Notes: generated by a model not told the origin, from the letters alone. A stretch of DNA of 64,000 bases from Gekko japonicus (GCF_001447785.1 NW_015166455.1:17286-81285); one strand, 5' to 3'. Shown: positions 11,346 to 25,253, numbered from the stretch's first letter. Program-made: numbers and translations.

Positions 11346-13053
11346 TAGGCAGCCGACATGTTAGCACAAAATGGCTAACGTAATGGATGGCTGCAGTTTA
11401 AAATCTCCCTTCCTTCCAAGAAATACTGTGTGATTGGCCAAAGCAAATTTTCTGATCAGTTTCATGGCTAAGATTGACTGGGAGAAATGCTTTTTCCTGA
11501 GGAATAGGGAGAAACATTTTTTAAGAACTGGTCAGGCAGGCTCCATTAAATTCATGACAATTAATTCACAATGTTAAGGGATCTGGGAGCTGTTCTAGGA
11601 GGGCTTTGACTGACTTGGAGACAGCCTACCTTAGCCTACAGCTAAGTCAGACAATTTTTATGATTGGCAATAGCCCACTGCACACCCCTAGTCAATCCTA
11701 TGCTTGTTGACTCAAAAGAAAGTTTGACTGAGTCTAATAGTGCTTACTCCCAGGTATGTATGTATATAATAATACAGCAACACTGATTTATTTCTTCAGC
11801 AGTATTCCAAAAAGATGTTTGGAAGTCATTCTTCTGGTCCTTTTCTTCAGCATATGGTTACATTTTTGCATCATTTCATAATTTGTAATGTTCTGTATTT
11901 TTGCCCTCGTCATTAAGATGATTTTATTTGCTTGTCAAACTTCTAAATTTTCATCTTTCCATCTAGCAGGTGGAAGATGTTGAATTGGGGCTCAGAATGT
12001 CTATATAATATGGCCCATATGCTGGGTTTTCTGTCTTGCCAGATGTTAATGGAATTTTAACAATGGAATTTTAACAATGGACAAGTGATTTGTTAGCCTT
12101 CAGTGCCTATTTTTTTCTTGCATCGGATACATTTTTATGCATTTGCTGTCATGTAGCAAAACTGTACAAGAATTAGTGGCTTCAAATGGCTGATGTGAAA
12201 AAAAATACAGTGTTCATAAAGATTTGAGCAATTCTGATGAATGGCTTTAGAAACTGGTACTAATTAAAATTAGTCCCCTGTCACAATTTTTTTCGTGCCT
12301 TTTTTGTTTTAGCCTGGAGAAATCTGTGCATTGGGAAGTCAGATTCTGACATTGCAGTGACTGGCACCGGTGTCAGAAGTGCCCATAGCATAACATAGAG
12401 CCCCAGCAGATGTAGTTTTCTACAGCTAGCTGGCTGAAATGGAGAAATAATTTCCTGCAGCTAGCTGGCTGCTATTTATTTTGCAAATGTGATACATTTT
12501 TATGCATTTGCTGTCATGTAGCAAAACTGTACAAGAATTAGTGGCTTCAAATGGCTGATGTGAAAAAATACAGTGTTCATAAAGATTTGAGCAATTCTGA
12601 CGAATGGCTTTAGAAACTGGTACTAATTAAAATTAGTCCCCTGTTACCAGGGGTCATTTCGTAATGAGGGGCAGGGCTGGGCGTGCACTTGGTGGGAAAC
12701 TGCATACTGGCTTGAGCAGCAGTGACTGAAAGGGTCTTGATGCCCTTAAAGAAGCAGACAGCTGGAGAGAGGGCTAACATATTGTAGTCAGGAAATCTGA
12801 TGCGGGTTGCTCAGGTCTAGGTCTGGACTTGGATGGGGAAGGGGGTTAAGAAGCAACCTAGAGATACACATGAAGAGAGCATGGTGCTAATTTCTTTCCC
12901 TCACTAACTCTTATTAGCCAGTCTCCCTCATTGTGTGTTTATCAGTTCATGTGTCTTGTTTAACTGTTTTCAATATGTATAGAAATATTGATTTCTAAAA
13001 GCCTCCTGCATTCTCCTGTTCTGTCTTCTGATAACAGGCTGTGCCTTATTTCC

Positions 13054-13708
13054 TGTTACCAGCCAAATGGTGGGCCACATGGCCTCCATAGCCATGCCAT
13101 AAACTCACATTCTTCACACTTCCATGCTAGAAGCTAGACTGTGAGGCACCCCACTAGGCCCACATGCAAGAAGTCATGTAGCCGATGGAGAAGCTGGAGT
13201 TTGGCGTGTGCTGACGTTGGTCCCCAATCTCTTAGCCTATCCCCACACGTAGCCATAACAACCAAATCTTGGGCACTCCCATTCCCACTCGCAATTGGCT
13301 CCTGGCCAGGGCTAAGTTCTGACTGGAATTGGCCTATAACTGGTCATTCCCTATGGGAGAGACTCTCTCTCAGTTCTTGCTCTCTGTTTCTGCTCTGTGC
13401 TTATTTATTGCACCTGGAAATGCTGTCCTTTGAAGAGACAAAGGACTGGCTTTGTGAATTGGACCACATGGTTGAGCAAAGATGGATTTTGCCTTCAAAA
13501 TCCCTTGGACTGTTTGGATATTCCTCAACTTGGTAAATATGTATCTTTTACTGTGTAGTTAAGGCAGATTGCCTAAGGCTTGTTATTTTGGTAAACTCTG
13601 GTAGTCTGTGCTAAGCTCTGTACTAAATAAAGATTCCTGGTTGTTAAAATTGTCTTTGATGTTGTACCTGAATTCCAAGGCTAAATCTTGTGGCCTAAAC
13701 GCTCACCA
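13054..13708 (+). mobile_element. Probable solo LTR
   Basis: TG...CA ends, TATA-like CTATAA at ~13334, AATAAA at ~13626; TSD not confirmed. Confidence 0.45.
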
Positions 13709-14263
13709 TATACCCTACTATTGGAGAGTAAAAAGTGTGCATCTCTGGGAATGAGTTGCTAAAGTGTTAAGCCCTAGATGCCAATTGAGATTTTGAACCT
13801 CTAATCTCAGGTTGGGAGGGGGATTATTGTAGAGGTTCTGGTGACATATTGTTCTGAATCCAGAGAGGGTATAGACCATCTTGTGGTTTGTTGTTTAATG
13901 TACTGCAAAAGTACAGGCTTCCTCTCATCCCTGGACTGGCTTGAGGGGCAAAAACCTGTACATGGCGGCAGCAATGCTGTACATACAGGATTCCCTCTCA
14001 TCCCTAGACAGGTGTGGGTGGGCTATCCTGTATACAATATTTTTATACGCACACATACACACTTGGTGTTTTTAATGTTTGAAATATTTTATATTTGTTT
14101 TTATGGTTGCTGCTCTGGGGAGCCTTGGTCAAAAGGCAACAGGCTCCACCCTCAATTGTCCAGGAATCTCCTAACCTGGATTTGGGAACCCTGTATTGCT
14201 GGCAGCAATTGTGATCCTCAAGTGGTGGAGGAGCTTTTCCTTAAAGTATGAATGAGCTGTGAG

Positions 14264-14469
14264 CAGTGTTCCCCCTATGCTGAGTTAGTGTGAGCTAGCT
14301 CACAGTTTTTTAGCCTCTGGCTCACATATTTTTGTCTTAGCTCAGGAAGGATGGCTCCAGAGCAAACTAATTTATGCAGTAGCCAAATCACTTGCTCACA
14401 ACTTTAATGCCAGTAGCTCACAAAGTAGAATTTTTGCTCACAGGACTGCCTAGCGTAGAGGGAGCATTG
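14264..14469 (+). mobile_element. hAT MITE (CAGTGTTCCC TIR family)
   Basis: TIRs CAGTGTTCCC / GGGAGCATTG; TSD GCTGTGAG/GATGTGAG; close copies at 60599-60804 and 62942-63148. Confidence 0.9.
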
Positions 14470-14803
14470 GATGTGAGGTCTGGATAACCAAGATCCCACC
14501 CTGTTGCACTTTTTAAAAAGATGGTAGTGTGTGTGTGTGTGTGTGGGGGGACTTGAACAAACAAGACCTTTGCACCATTTGGTATTGGCATGAAAGTTGT
14601 ATTGAGGAGAGATATATTTGCCATGAACAATAACATTTTATGGTAAATATTGTCTGAATTTTCTCCAATTGATGACTATTTAGAAAAGAGTTGCCACTGA
14701 ATATGGGGGGAGGGGGGAATTGGGCATCATGCAGCAGCAGTTAACAACTCCTGTGCCATGGGTTTCATAGCTCTGGCAAGTAACTTGCAATAAGATTGAG
14801 TAG

Positions 14804-15303
14804 GGCTGTGATCATATGCACAGTTAGACCTGACATAGGTGCGAATGCTGGGTGGATTTAAAAGGCGCGATCAGACAACAACATCTGGGAAGCGCCCTGC
14901 AGCCATCGGCAACCCGTTCTGCTCCGCCGCAGAAGCGGAGTTAAAAGACACCAGGGGAAATCTGGTAGTAAATGGGTTGCCACGGGCCACGGATGGACTT
15001 TCCCATGTCTGAGTGCTCCAGCGCGTTCTCATGGCGTCCGGATGGTCTGATCAGGCCATCCCGACTCTGTGCCGTTGTTTCCCCCCCTTCACAGTATGCG
15101 CATCATCGCAGACTCCATAGGGAGCCCTCGGTGCGGAGGTGCGATTCATCGATCCCTTGGTTAAGCGCATGGGGGGGGATCACACACTGATGGACTGTGC
15201 CCACAGCTTCAAAGGGAGGTGTGATCATGCAACTACGGGTCAAATTCCTCCGGAGGAAATAGCCTCCCCCCCCCCATTTTTTCTGGCCCATGTGACCACA
15301 ATC
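14804..15303. mobile_element. PIF/Harbinger-like MITE
   Basis: Imperfect TIRs GGCTGTGATCATATG / CATGTGACCACAATC; 3-bp TSD TAG. Confidence 0.5.
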
Positions 15304-16304
15304 TAGGTTTTATATTCTTTTTATCTGTGAAGCAATAGGGAAACATCTCTTTCAATCATTGACAGGAATTTAAAAAGCTTGAATTTTGGCAGCAAAACGT
15401 CAACATCGATAGCTGGGAAATTGCTTTTGTTTGAGTCCAAATGATGACTGGTAGATTTTTCTCTCGTGCTTCAGAGGCATCTTTCCCAATGAATATCTGT
15501 CACAAATATCTCACCATTCACTTGCATGTTGCTTTCAGGGGGTTCACTATTTTTGAAGTTTTCACCCTTTTCCTGACTGCAAGCAAGAGTGGACTGCCCA
15601 TTTAAATGACAGGGAGATTTCCTGATGGGCTGCTGCTCTGGAGTGGTTCCCAACCTTTTTGGGTGACCCACAAGTCCAAATTTACTTGGTATGGTGAACC
15701 GTTGAGGGCTGGCCCAAGGTTTTTTGGTGCCCTCAGCAAACTATGATCTTGGCAACCATCTAGTTCAGCATTTTCTACAGTGGCTAACTAGATGTTGTTG
15801 AGAAACCAAGAAACAGCACACAAAGAGTGCAGCTGCCCCTGATATGAACCCCAAGCAAGTGGCATTCCAATATATTTAGCCTTTGCAAATGGAGGTTACG
15901 TCCCAGCCTTTGACCACCTTAAACCCCCCCCCCCCCATTCTAAGAAACTCACTCTATTAACCATCAGGGCATGTTTACTTGACCCACATGTATATGCAGT
16001 GAAGGAAAAAAATACCAACTAATGTAGGACATGGAAGATACTGTTTCCAGGTTCAGATCCTGGTTTCTAAAATACAAAAGAGAGCAACGGAAAGGGCAGG
16101 GGCAGACATTAGGGAGGGCTGGCCCACAACTCACTTTTAGAGGTTTTCCAGCCCACTTTTGGGTCCTGACCCACAGATTGAAAAGCACTGCTCTAGAAGT
16201 GTCCATGGACCAGCAGAGCCAAGCCCCAGCCATTTTGCCTATGCCTCAGGGGCCACTGGCTTCAGACCATTGACAGAGGTAATTGACATCAGGTTACCTA
16301 TCAT

Positions 16305-16650
16305 TGGTGCTGTGTTGGCTCATGTGGTTAAGACCCTGAACTGCATGCTGTGGAAGGTCAGTAGTTCAGCAGTTCGAGACCCGAGTTGCCGCATGATGGA
16401 GTGAGCTCCCGTCTCTAGTTCCAGCTCCTGCCAACCTAGCAGTTCGAAAGCAAGAAATTGCAAGTAGATAAATAGGTACCACTTCGGTGGGAAGGTAACA
16501 GCATGCCTTGGTGTTTAGTCATGCCGGCCACATGACCACAGAAACGTCTTCGGACAGTGCTGGCTTTTTGGCTTTGAAACAGAGATGAGCACCGCAACCT
16601 TAGAGTCGGATTCGACTGGCTTTCGAGCAAGAGAACCTTTACCTTTTACC
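16305..16650 (+). mobile_element. Sauria SINE, full length
   Basis: tRNA-like A/B boxes, ACCTTT tail, 11-bp TSD TTACCTATCAT. Confidence 0.92.
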
Positions 16651-17775
16651 TTACCTATCATCTCCTCCTGCACTGCTACCAGCTTACCCATTTTGCGCAT
16701 TGTTGGCACCACTAAATAAAGTGGCCACTCAGCTTGCCCTACTCCAGGGTCATTTTAACTCTCAGTACATCTGTGACTGCAACTGATAAAGCACTAAGGT
16801 TGCAATCTGCAGGATGCTTTCCTGGGAGTAAGTCTCATTAAATAAAATGGAACTTACTTCTGAGTAGACCTACTTAGGCTTGCTCCGTCAAATACTGGAC
16901 ATTTTATTTGCCATTCTATAATTCAGACCATGTCAAGAATCAAAACGAAGCAGGTATATTTTGTTTTTCTGCAAGGGCTAAAGCTGACAGAATAGGTTGT
17001 CATCATGATTAATAGCAATAACTTCCGTCTTTCACCTTTGGTGTCAAGCTGACAGTCATTCCCCATTATTTTCCCTAGAAAAAAAGAAAGATCTCATCTA
17101 AGTGGAGGAAATACATCAAAAAGGCAGAGAGAAAAGATATCCCTTGGAGAACAGAGTTACAGCATTCCCCCTTGGAAGGACTAGAAGACCCAGATGTGTG
17201 GGAAACTCCCTTTCCTTCACTTTTGGTGGCAGGAACTCCAGCTTTATTGTTCCAGAGGGGAGGAGTTCCCCCATCTCCCCTTCTCTTCCTGCCTATGGAG
17301 AAGGCAGTGTTTGGAGAGAGCATTCATCCTTAACCTTCAGCAATCTCTCCTATCTCTCGAAGCCATTCCTAATTCAACACCAGCAGTTATAGGTAAATCT
17401 GGGCTGGCTCTGCTTCCAATATCGTCCTCAGTCCATAATGCTGTTATTAATTTTTGGCTGATAATTTAGTTTGGTCCAAGTTCAGGTTTCTTAATCTTTC
17501 CTTATATGGAAGTGAAAGCTAGCCCATGGCAAAGCCATATACTAAATCAAGTAGCCAAACTTGGGTTTTCAGAAGATTATTTAAAGAGGCTTGACTTTTT
17601 TTGCAGTGAAACAATTAATATACCAAAAACTGTTGGATGTAAATGTTTAGGTGGATGCTACACTATTGGATACCCTGAGATCAGCTTCTATCTACAGGCA
17701 GCTTGCTCTCTTCCCTTTAATCCTTCCATCTTATTTTACCAATTTATTAAATTTCAAGCATAGGAAAGCATTCAC

Positions 17776-17986
17776 TTTTTTTAATCAATAAAATTTTAAA
17801 TCGAGATTTCAAAAGCATTACGAAATTTCAGAGACATTCTCAAACAAAACCAAACATCCCAAAAAAGGCAACAACAACAACAATTAGGAGTTAACATTAA
17901 GTTAAAATTGAAATTACAGGAACGAAAAGGTGTACCATAAATCTAAACCAGTAACAGTAAAAAAAAATCAAATATAACTCTTTAAA
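17776..17986 (-). mobile_element. Short poly(A) retroposon (L1-like 3' end)
   Basis: 14-bp TSD AGGAAAGCATTCAC (17762-17775, 17987-18000); T-run at left end. Confidence 0.75.
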
Positions 17987-18484
17987 AGGAAAGCATTCAC
18001 CAAAGCACGGTTGGATATTTTACAACTGGCAATGTTAAGAGGTCGTTATAATAGGACCCCATATAATGAACATGTCTGCTCCTGTGACCAGAAATCTATT
18101 GAGGACCTAGTCCATGTGGGTTTCCATTGTCCAAGATTTGTAGTAGAATGTGAACAATATCTTGGGAATATTCTATCATGATGTCCAGGGAGATCGGATC
18201 AGAGCAGACTTATAATATTGCTCGCTGATAAAAGTAAATGGGTAACATCCACAAATGGCAAAGTTTATCACATGGGTGATAAAGACTCTGTCAACCATCT
18301 ATTGCTAGCGTAGTTGATGGATAAACGGTAAGTACTATGCTGGGCTCAATGTATTAATACAGGAACAGTAAGTTGCCTCCAATTTTCTATTTTGTCGCTG
18401 TGATTTTAGTTATTTATTTAAAATTTAAACAGGCATTTTAAGGGTTTTAATTGTTTATATTGTAATTTTCTCCTGGTGTCATTT

Positions 18485-19047
18485 TAGGGTTGCCAAGTCC
18501 TATCTTCACCCCCAGGGGGGACTTTGGGGGGCGTTTCTGGAGGGGGCGGGGCATCCCCGACATGGTGATGTCACTTTGATGACGTCTCCCCCACCCGCAC
18601 CCAATCTCTGCGGAGATTGGGTGCGCGGGAAATGCCGGCTCCCTGCATTTAAAGGGGGCCCTTTAAGTGCAGAGAGCTGTCCCTCCCCCGCGCACCTGAC
18701 AGAGATCAGGTGCGTGGGAAACACTTGCTTCCTGCACTTAAAGGAGCTGGCGTTTCCCCCCTGCGCCCCTCTCCCTTCTCTCTGGGAAACGCCAGCTTCC
18801 TGCACTTAAAGGAGCTGACATTTCCCCCCCTCCATGCACCCCTCTCCCTCCTCTCTGGGAAACGCTGGCTTCCTGCACTTAAAGGAGCTGGTGTTTCCCC
18901 TCCAGCACTGAGAGAGAGGAGGGAGAGGGGTGGCTGTGGGTGTTGGGGCTTGGCGGCAGGGCTTCCCCCGGCGGCCAGCTGGACGGCAGTGTGTAGAAAC
19001 CCCCCAAAAGTGGGGGGCCCTGCCAAACCGGGGGGTTGGCAACCCTA
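18485..19047. mobile_element. hAT MITE (TAGGGTTGCCA TIR) with internal ~70-bp tandem repeats
   Basis: Perfect 8-bp TSD TGTCATTT; unit containing CTTCCTGCACTTAAAGGAGCTG repeated 3 times (18715-18900). Confidence 0.9.
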
Positions 19048-20024
19048 TGTCATTTGCTAAGGTTATGAGCTAATGCAATAAAGTGTGTGTATGTATGTAT
19101 ATATGTATGTGAGAAGCAGTCTATTATAATGTTTATTTTATATATCGCCTTCCTTTCTACTGCATTGTTTTCTTCTTTTGTAACTTGTATTATGTTATGT
19201 CATGTCTTAGACAGTTTTTTGTTTGGTTGAACGTTTTCCAGTTGTGGAATCCTAGTCCTACCGCTCTGTTTATTGGATGTCTTATACTGTCTGGTTAAAT
19301 TATTTTGATACTTTGTAATCTGCCTCAAGTCTCAGCAAGAAAGGTGGGCTATGAATGAAGTATATGAATAAACAAGTAAAAGTTTCATTTCAAATACATC
19401 AGAATAATGAACACTGTTTGAGCATGATCCAGATAGACTCAAACACTTTTAAACACCATCAGTTTGAACAGGAGAGATTTAAGGAAGAGCTGAACTCTCT
19501 CACTGGAACTGTATTCTTGTGCCCATCTGTAACAACCAACTGCATAAAAATAGAGTTCATATTCTTGAATTTATGTGCTGGGTCACAACCCAGCTGGGAA
19601 GTTGGATCAGATTGCGCCAAACAATACATCCACATGCCAGTGCTGTATGTCAAATCTAGTCCATCTGGCTTGGTTTTTCATTTGCCATTAGGCTGTAAAT
19701 TACATTTTGGTAAATAAACTTAGTTCTACAGTTGTTGGGAGCTGTTCTAGCAGGAACCATCTGTTGGTTCTGTGCCTCTGTTTGGCTATCTGAATATAAA
19801 CTGGCCTGTGGCCTGGAAGTCTTTAAAAAGCTGTAAGAAAGGACACAATGGAGGGGAAGAGAACAGTCTGAGGAAAGCAAAGTCACCTGAGGAAGAATGG
19901 TTTGAAGAGATCTTGAGGAGAATGTACACCTGACATAGAGAATCCACACCTGACATAGAGTTAACAGGAGGCAACAAAGTGTGAGGGGCTCCTCATTCAG
20001 TAAGAGGTGAGGCTGCCCAGCCAC

Positions 20025-20317
20025 TAGGGTTGCCACGTGAATTTCACTCACTGGCGGGGGAGCCTCGCCGTGCTCCGGGAGCTGTCCCTCGTTGTGTGTG
20101 TGCGCGCGCAAAGCGCGCGCATGCCACCAGCTCATCACTGGAAGAAACGCACGACGTCGATCACGTTGAGGCCGTGGCCCCGATCGTCGAAGGAAAAACC
20201 ATAGAGTTTTCCCTCCGACGATCGAGGGGGGCGGAGTTCCCCCCGGGGCCCGATTCCGCGGCGGCGGAAATTGGGCCTCCAAAGCGGGGGTTTACCCACC
20301 CCCACTTGGCAGCCCTA
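20025..20317. mobile_element. hAT MITE (TAGGGTTGCCA TIR), very CpG-rich interior
   Basis: Perfect 8-bp TSD CCAGCCAC. Confidence 0.9.
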
Positions 20318-20709
20318 CCAGCCACATAGAATGAGAGCCAAACTAGATGTGATTGAGTCTCCATGTCTGATCCAGGAATGGCACCACCATTTTAAAGCTT
20401 AACACTGACCATTTAAAAATGCTGCAAGGGCTTAATGTTAATTGAGGCTGTGGCACCATGAGATGAGTTGTCCTTGTCTGTCTGTCCCCCGCCCCCCACT
20501 CCTTTTCAAGTGCTGAAACAGCTACATCCCCTCACCTTTACATGCCTGGATATGCAGGCTATACATGTCCTCAAAGGTCTATTTTTTTAGTCTTAGGCTG
20601 ATAGATAAACCCATTGTAGTGGCGAATCACTCTGTGTCTACCTTCCTGTTGACTACGTGGAGAATGGTCTTCTGTAGGAAGCTGTGCAGATTATCAGTGA
20701 CCAGTGCTG

Positions 20710-21612
20710 GTGATCCCCAGCTCTAAAGCTATCCAGCTGTCCTCGACCAGGGCCAGGGACTTTTTGGTCCCGGTCCCAACCTGATGGAACTCTCTGCCAA
20801 ATTCCATCAGGGCCCTGTGGGATCTGATGCAATTCTGTAGGGCCTGCAAGGCAGAGATGTTCCACCAGGCTTTTGGTTGAGGACAGCGATGGTTCCATCT
20901 TGACTGGCACCTTTCCCTGTTCTCCGTTGTTTACACCTATTTTGCCCTCGTCCCCCCGTCCACGAAGTAGCTGACAGTGGGAGTTGGAATGGGGACTAGA
21001 TATTTGTCATCTGATGTTTATTAATGCATCTAATGTTTATTAATGTTTTAACTGATTTTATCTTTAGAGTCCAGTGGCACCTTTAAGACCAACGAAGGTT
21101 TATTCAAGGTATGAGCTTTCATGTGCAAGGCACACTTTTTCAAATACCCATTGGGATTCAGTTATCTTGTTCTATCTGTGGTTTATCTCTTGAGAGTCCC
21201 TTGGACTGCAAGAAGATCAAATCAGTCAATCCTAAAAGAAATCAACCCGGACTGTTCCCTGGAAGGCCAGATAATGAAACTGAAGCTCAAATCCTTTGGC
21301 CACCAAATGAGAAGGGAGCACTCACTGGAGAAGACCCTGATGCTGGGAAAGATTGAAGGTCAAAGAAGACGGGGACGGCAAAGGATGAGATGGTTAGACA
21401 GTGTCATCGATGCAACGAAATTGAGCCAACTTCAGAGGACGGCGGAAGACAGGAGGGCCTGGCGGGAGCTGGTCCATGGGGTCGTGAAGAGTCGGACTCA
21501 ACTGTGCGACTGAACAACAACAATCTGTGGTTTGTACATCACCCAGAGCCCTGCAGTAGCCCGGATTGGGCGATTCATAAATACAATTGATGATTATGAT
21601 GATGATGGCAGC
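20710..21612 (+). mobile_element. L2 LINE 3' end with nested insertions
   Basis: Degenerate (W)NSLP..IRAL.DL.QFCRACKAEMFHQAFG* terminus, then 3'UTR and (GAT)n tail. Confidence 0.65.
21185..21522 (+). mobile_element. Bov-B (RTE) LINE, 5'-truncated
   Basis: LRVPWTARRSNQSILKEI...GRQRMRWLD; (CAA)n tail; 11-bp TSD ATCTGTGGTTT. Confidence 0.93.
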
Positions 21613-24600
21613 CTATTTTTTTAGTCTTAGGCTGATAGATAAACACATTGTAGTGGCAAATCAACCTGTAGCTACCTTCCTGTTGACTACATGGAGAATG
21701 GTCTTCTGTGGGAAGGTGTGCAGATTATCAATGATCAGTGCTGATACAAGAACTTTTGTCCCTACTTGGTAGCAAGGAGAGCGTTGTGATGAGAATCTCC
21801 ACAGGGATCAGGTACTATGATCCCTCCCATGGTACACGCTTTCTGGCATCAGCATATAAGAAGGATGGCCTTTGTATGAGTCTTGTTTACATACTTCCAA
21901 ATGAGCCAAGACACTTTGCCTTACCCTCGTGTTTCTGATATTAAAAAGGCAAACCACTTCATGATCAAACTGATAACCATAAACGGTAACTTAATTAATT
22001 TAGTCCCAATGGTTGAAAATCAGCATTTGCAGATCAGAAGATGCAGGTGAAGATACCACTTCTTAAGATTGCCTTTCCCACTATACTAATTCTTGTACTA
22101 AGAACTTTGTGATCCTCTTGCAACCTACGGAAGGTATGGCTGCCATTTCCTACCTTCATTCATATGGGTGGAAGCACTGACTTTGAACTCCCCTCCCCAC
22201 TCTATTATTTCTTTACTTCATGTATGCCCTGTCTTTTCCCCAAATGGGAACTCAAAGCAGCTTACATCATTCTCTTCATCCTCATAACAACAACTCTGTG
22301 AGGCAGGTTAAGCTGAGTGCATGTCTGGCCCAAGATTACCACATGGGATTCCATGACAGAGTGGGGATTTGGGTTTCCTAAATCCTACTTTGACACACGA
22401 TACTAACTCTTGAGGCTAGGGATGAGCAGATTTCCACCATTCTGTTCCTTTGTTTCTTTGCTATGTTCTACATTTTACTCCTCATTAATTTTGGTGCAAT
22501 GGGTATAATTTCTAACATTAATTCCAGGAGTGGTGCATAGATAGTTTGCAACTGCTTCAGGTTCATTGAATGTCTCTGCATTACTGATGTGCAATTCTCC
22601 CTGGATTTCGGAGTTTTAAATGATCTTATCTATCCCTAAGGAATCTTTATTATTCCATTTTTTTAACGACTAAGATGTGTATAGAGCACTGTGTGGATGA
22701 GTAATTCCATTCCTTCAGATAACTGGTATTTTTCTTCCCCTCTGCTCACAAAGTGCATGAAAAACACTGTAAATGGGAAATCATGATGTGGCTGAACATA
22801 TGGTTGCACCATGATTATTACTGTGTGATGCTTACTGACATGTTCGCGCCCATTCCTTTGCAAAGTAAAATCTGCACAAAAATAATCTGCTTTTTAAACT
22901 TCATGTAAAGTTTGGGAGATCACATCACAGACCCCCCCCCCGCCCGATATTGTGTGCTGACCCCCAGAAATCACTATCTGAAAAGTGTTTCAACAAAAGA
23001 AGACACAGCCTTGATTTGATTTCAGTTATCTGGGGCTTCTTTAGGGACAAACAGATATATATTAAATAGAACTGTCTATAAATGCACATAAGCAATCCAT
23101 ATCTGACTAGTTTATGGCAGTCATTCATCAGAACTGCCATGGTGACTTGATCTGTAACTCAAACCCAAGAAAGGCATAACTTACGTCACATGAGTTGGTC
23201 AAACAGAACATCAGTACAAAACTACCATCCCAAATAAACTATAAGCCACAAATTGTATATTCTTCTCAGGAATTTTATTAGTATCCCCAGTTTCAAAAAT
23301 GTAAAAATCAAAGAAGTGCAAGTAAAAGGTATTGCTACCATTTTGTCATCTGACTCTGTTATTACATGAAAGAGACTGAAATAGGGTCGTGGATATTTAG
23401 AAAATCAAACCAACTGGGTTTGAGGGTGACACCTTTCATTTTGAATGATACACATTCTCTTAGTTTTTCTTGGTCTGATTGGAAGAAAGCAATTGTTTTG
23501 CATGAATTATTTTGTATCAGCCAGTTTCTTTTGAAGGCATTCTCATTTGAACAGCGTGGGCTGCTCAAGTGAGCTTGTTTGAATCCTGATTGAATCCTGA
23601 GACTATTTATTCATCTATTTATAAAATTTGTTTGCCGCCTCTCCAGACCTGCTTGAAGCACCTCAGAATGAAAACAATTTAATAAGATGCCTTGCATGTT
23701 CTGATGTGATTTCATTTCAAGATTAAAATTAATTGACAATAGTTGTTTATATCTTGTTCCTTTCTACCTGGAGCCCCCCCCCCCCGAATATCTGTGGAGT
23801 AGTACCTTCCATTTTTCCTTCAAAACTCATTTGCTCAATCATGGCATGTGGCCCGGCTCCCAGATTCAGGGGGATAAGATGGCCGAGACCTGAGGATGAA
23901 CCGCATCACTTTAGTCTGCAGGTGGAGGATCATGTTTTGGAATGCTCCCTTATATGAAAAGCTCCCTACAAATAGAACAGCAGCTCAGCAAGCAAAGAGA
24001 TGGTGCGGAAGTTCTTCCTCTTGCTGTGCTAGTTTTTGGTTTTCATGGAGGGTGGGGGTCTTTTTGGCGAAGGATTTGGCTGTCAGCAGTCTGAAATGAT
24101 GCAACTCTGTTCTCTCCTCTCAGGTCTCTGCCACCTCATTTCTGCCTTGCTTTCGTGCATGTTTGAACAGGCCTAAGTATGTTCATTCATATCCGCTGTC
24201 CTTTCCCTCCCAAGTGCTATGTACCAGGATGCCATTATATAGACCAACTGCAGGCTTGCAAACAAAGATCTGACTGGAAAATGTCTGGCCCAGAGTCTCT
24301 CAGCCTGAACTTTCTCTGTGTCACTCTGCTCCAGCTGAGGTCTCCTGACAGAACTGTCGTATTAGCTGCACAGAATACCTGCTCATCGTAAATTGGTAGG
24401 AGAGACTCTCATTGACTTTCCGCTCTCAAGTGTCATGTCTACATGGAAGTTTTCCAAGAGGAAAACAGCAGCCCCTAGAGGTGTTTCAGGATGGGAGGAG
24501 TGGAAGGCTGAGTCTCCTCTACATGAACCAGTCCACTGCATGAACCAGTCAGAAATGGAACTCCCAATGCAGAGGTGGTCTTAGGAACCAGGAACAGCAA

Positions 24601-24839
24601 TGGAGTCAGTCTGGGAGACTGGCTCCTTTTATGCTCTCTGGCCATACACAGAAGATTTCAAAAAGAAACACCTTCTGTGATTGGCCAGAGATCAGATGCC
24701 AAAAAACCCTATTGGCCACTAGTGCTCCTTCCCTGGGGAAAGAGCAAGCTAGTGCAGCAGCACAACAGCCCTGCAATAAAGTTACAAAGTTTTGCAAACT
24801 GCAATGCATTTTGCTCAATAGAGAGCATTTTAACATAGT

Positions 24840-25215
24840 GCGTCTGTGCCTGGTTTGCCAGTTGTACGGCTGTGGATAGGAAAGCACTCCAGAGAGTTAT
24901 CATCACAGCCCAGAAGATTATTGGCTGCCCTCTCCCATTCCTGGAGGAATTGTATAGTTCTCGATGCTTGAAAAAAGCAAAGAACATTCTGCAGGATTTG
25001 TCACACCCTGAACACTCCCTGTTTGAACTGCTGCCTTCGGGTAGAAGATATAGGACAATTAAAACAAAGACAAACAGATTAAAAAACAGTTTTTATTCGA
25101 GAGCTATTATTGCTTTAAATGCTGTATGAAATTGGAATTTGGGTGACATTGGTGGTTTAAGTTGCAATGTGAACCTTAAGGGAGTTATGGGATGGTTGTG
25201 AATGGTTGTGTGAGT

Positions 25216-25252
<37 letters not shown>
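24840..25252 (+). mobile_element. Rex1/Babar LINE 3' end
   Basis: DRKALQRVIITAQKIIG...SHPEHSLFELLPSGRRYR...RLKNSFY is typical of the Rex1 ORF end; (ATT)n tail. Confidence 0.8.

Positions 25253-25253
<1 letters not shown>

Larger units (their letters stand above)
17385..19110 (+). mobile_element. RTE-X-like LINE 3' fragment interrupted by two later insertions
   Basis: Peptide RKAFTKARLDILQLAMLRGRYNRTPYNEHVCSCDQKSIEDLVHVGFHCP (C-terminal CCHC region); tail AATAAA-(TGTA)n at ~19078-19110. Confidence 0.6.

Noticed and set aside
18715-18900. Repeat-spacer pattern resembling a CRISPR array
   Set aside because: Eukaryotic DNA, the spacers are homologous to each other, no cas genes; it is a tandem repeat inside a MITE
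22783-22842. C/D-box snoRNA-like motifs (ATGATG...CTGA)
   Set aside because: Too short, imperfect C box, almost no C-to-D' spacing and no recognisable guide
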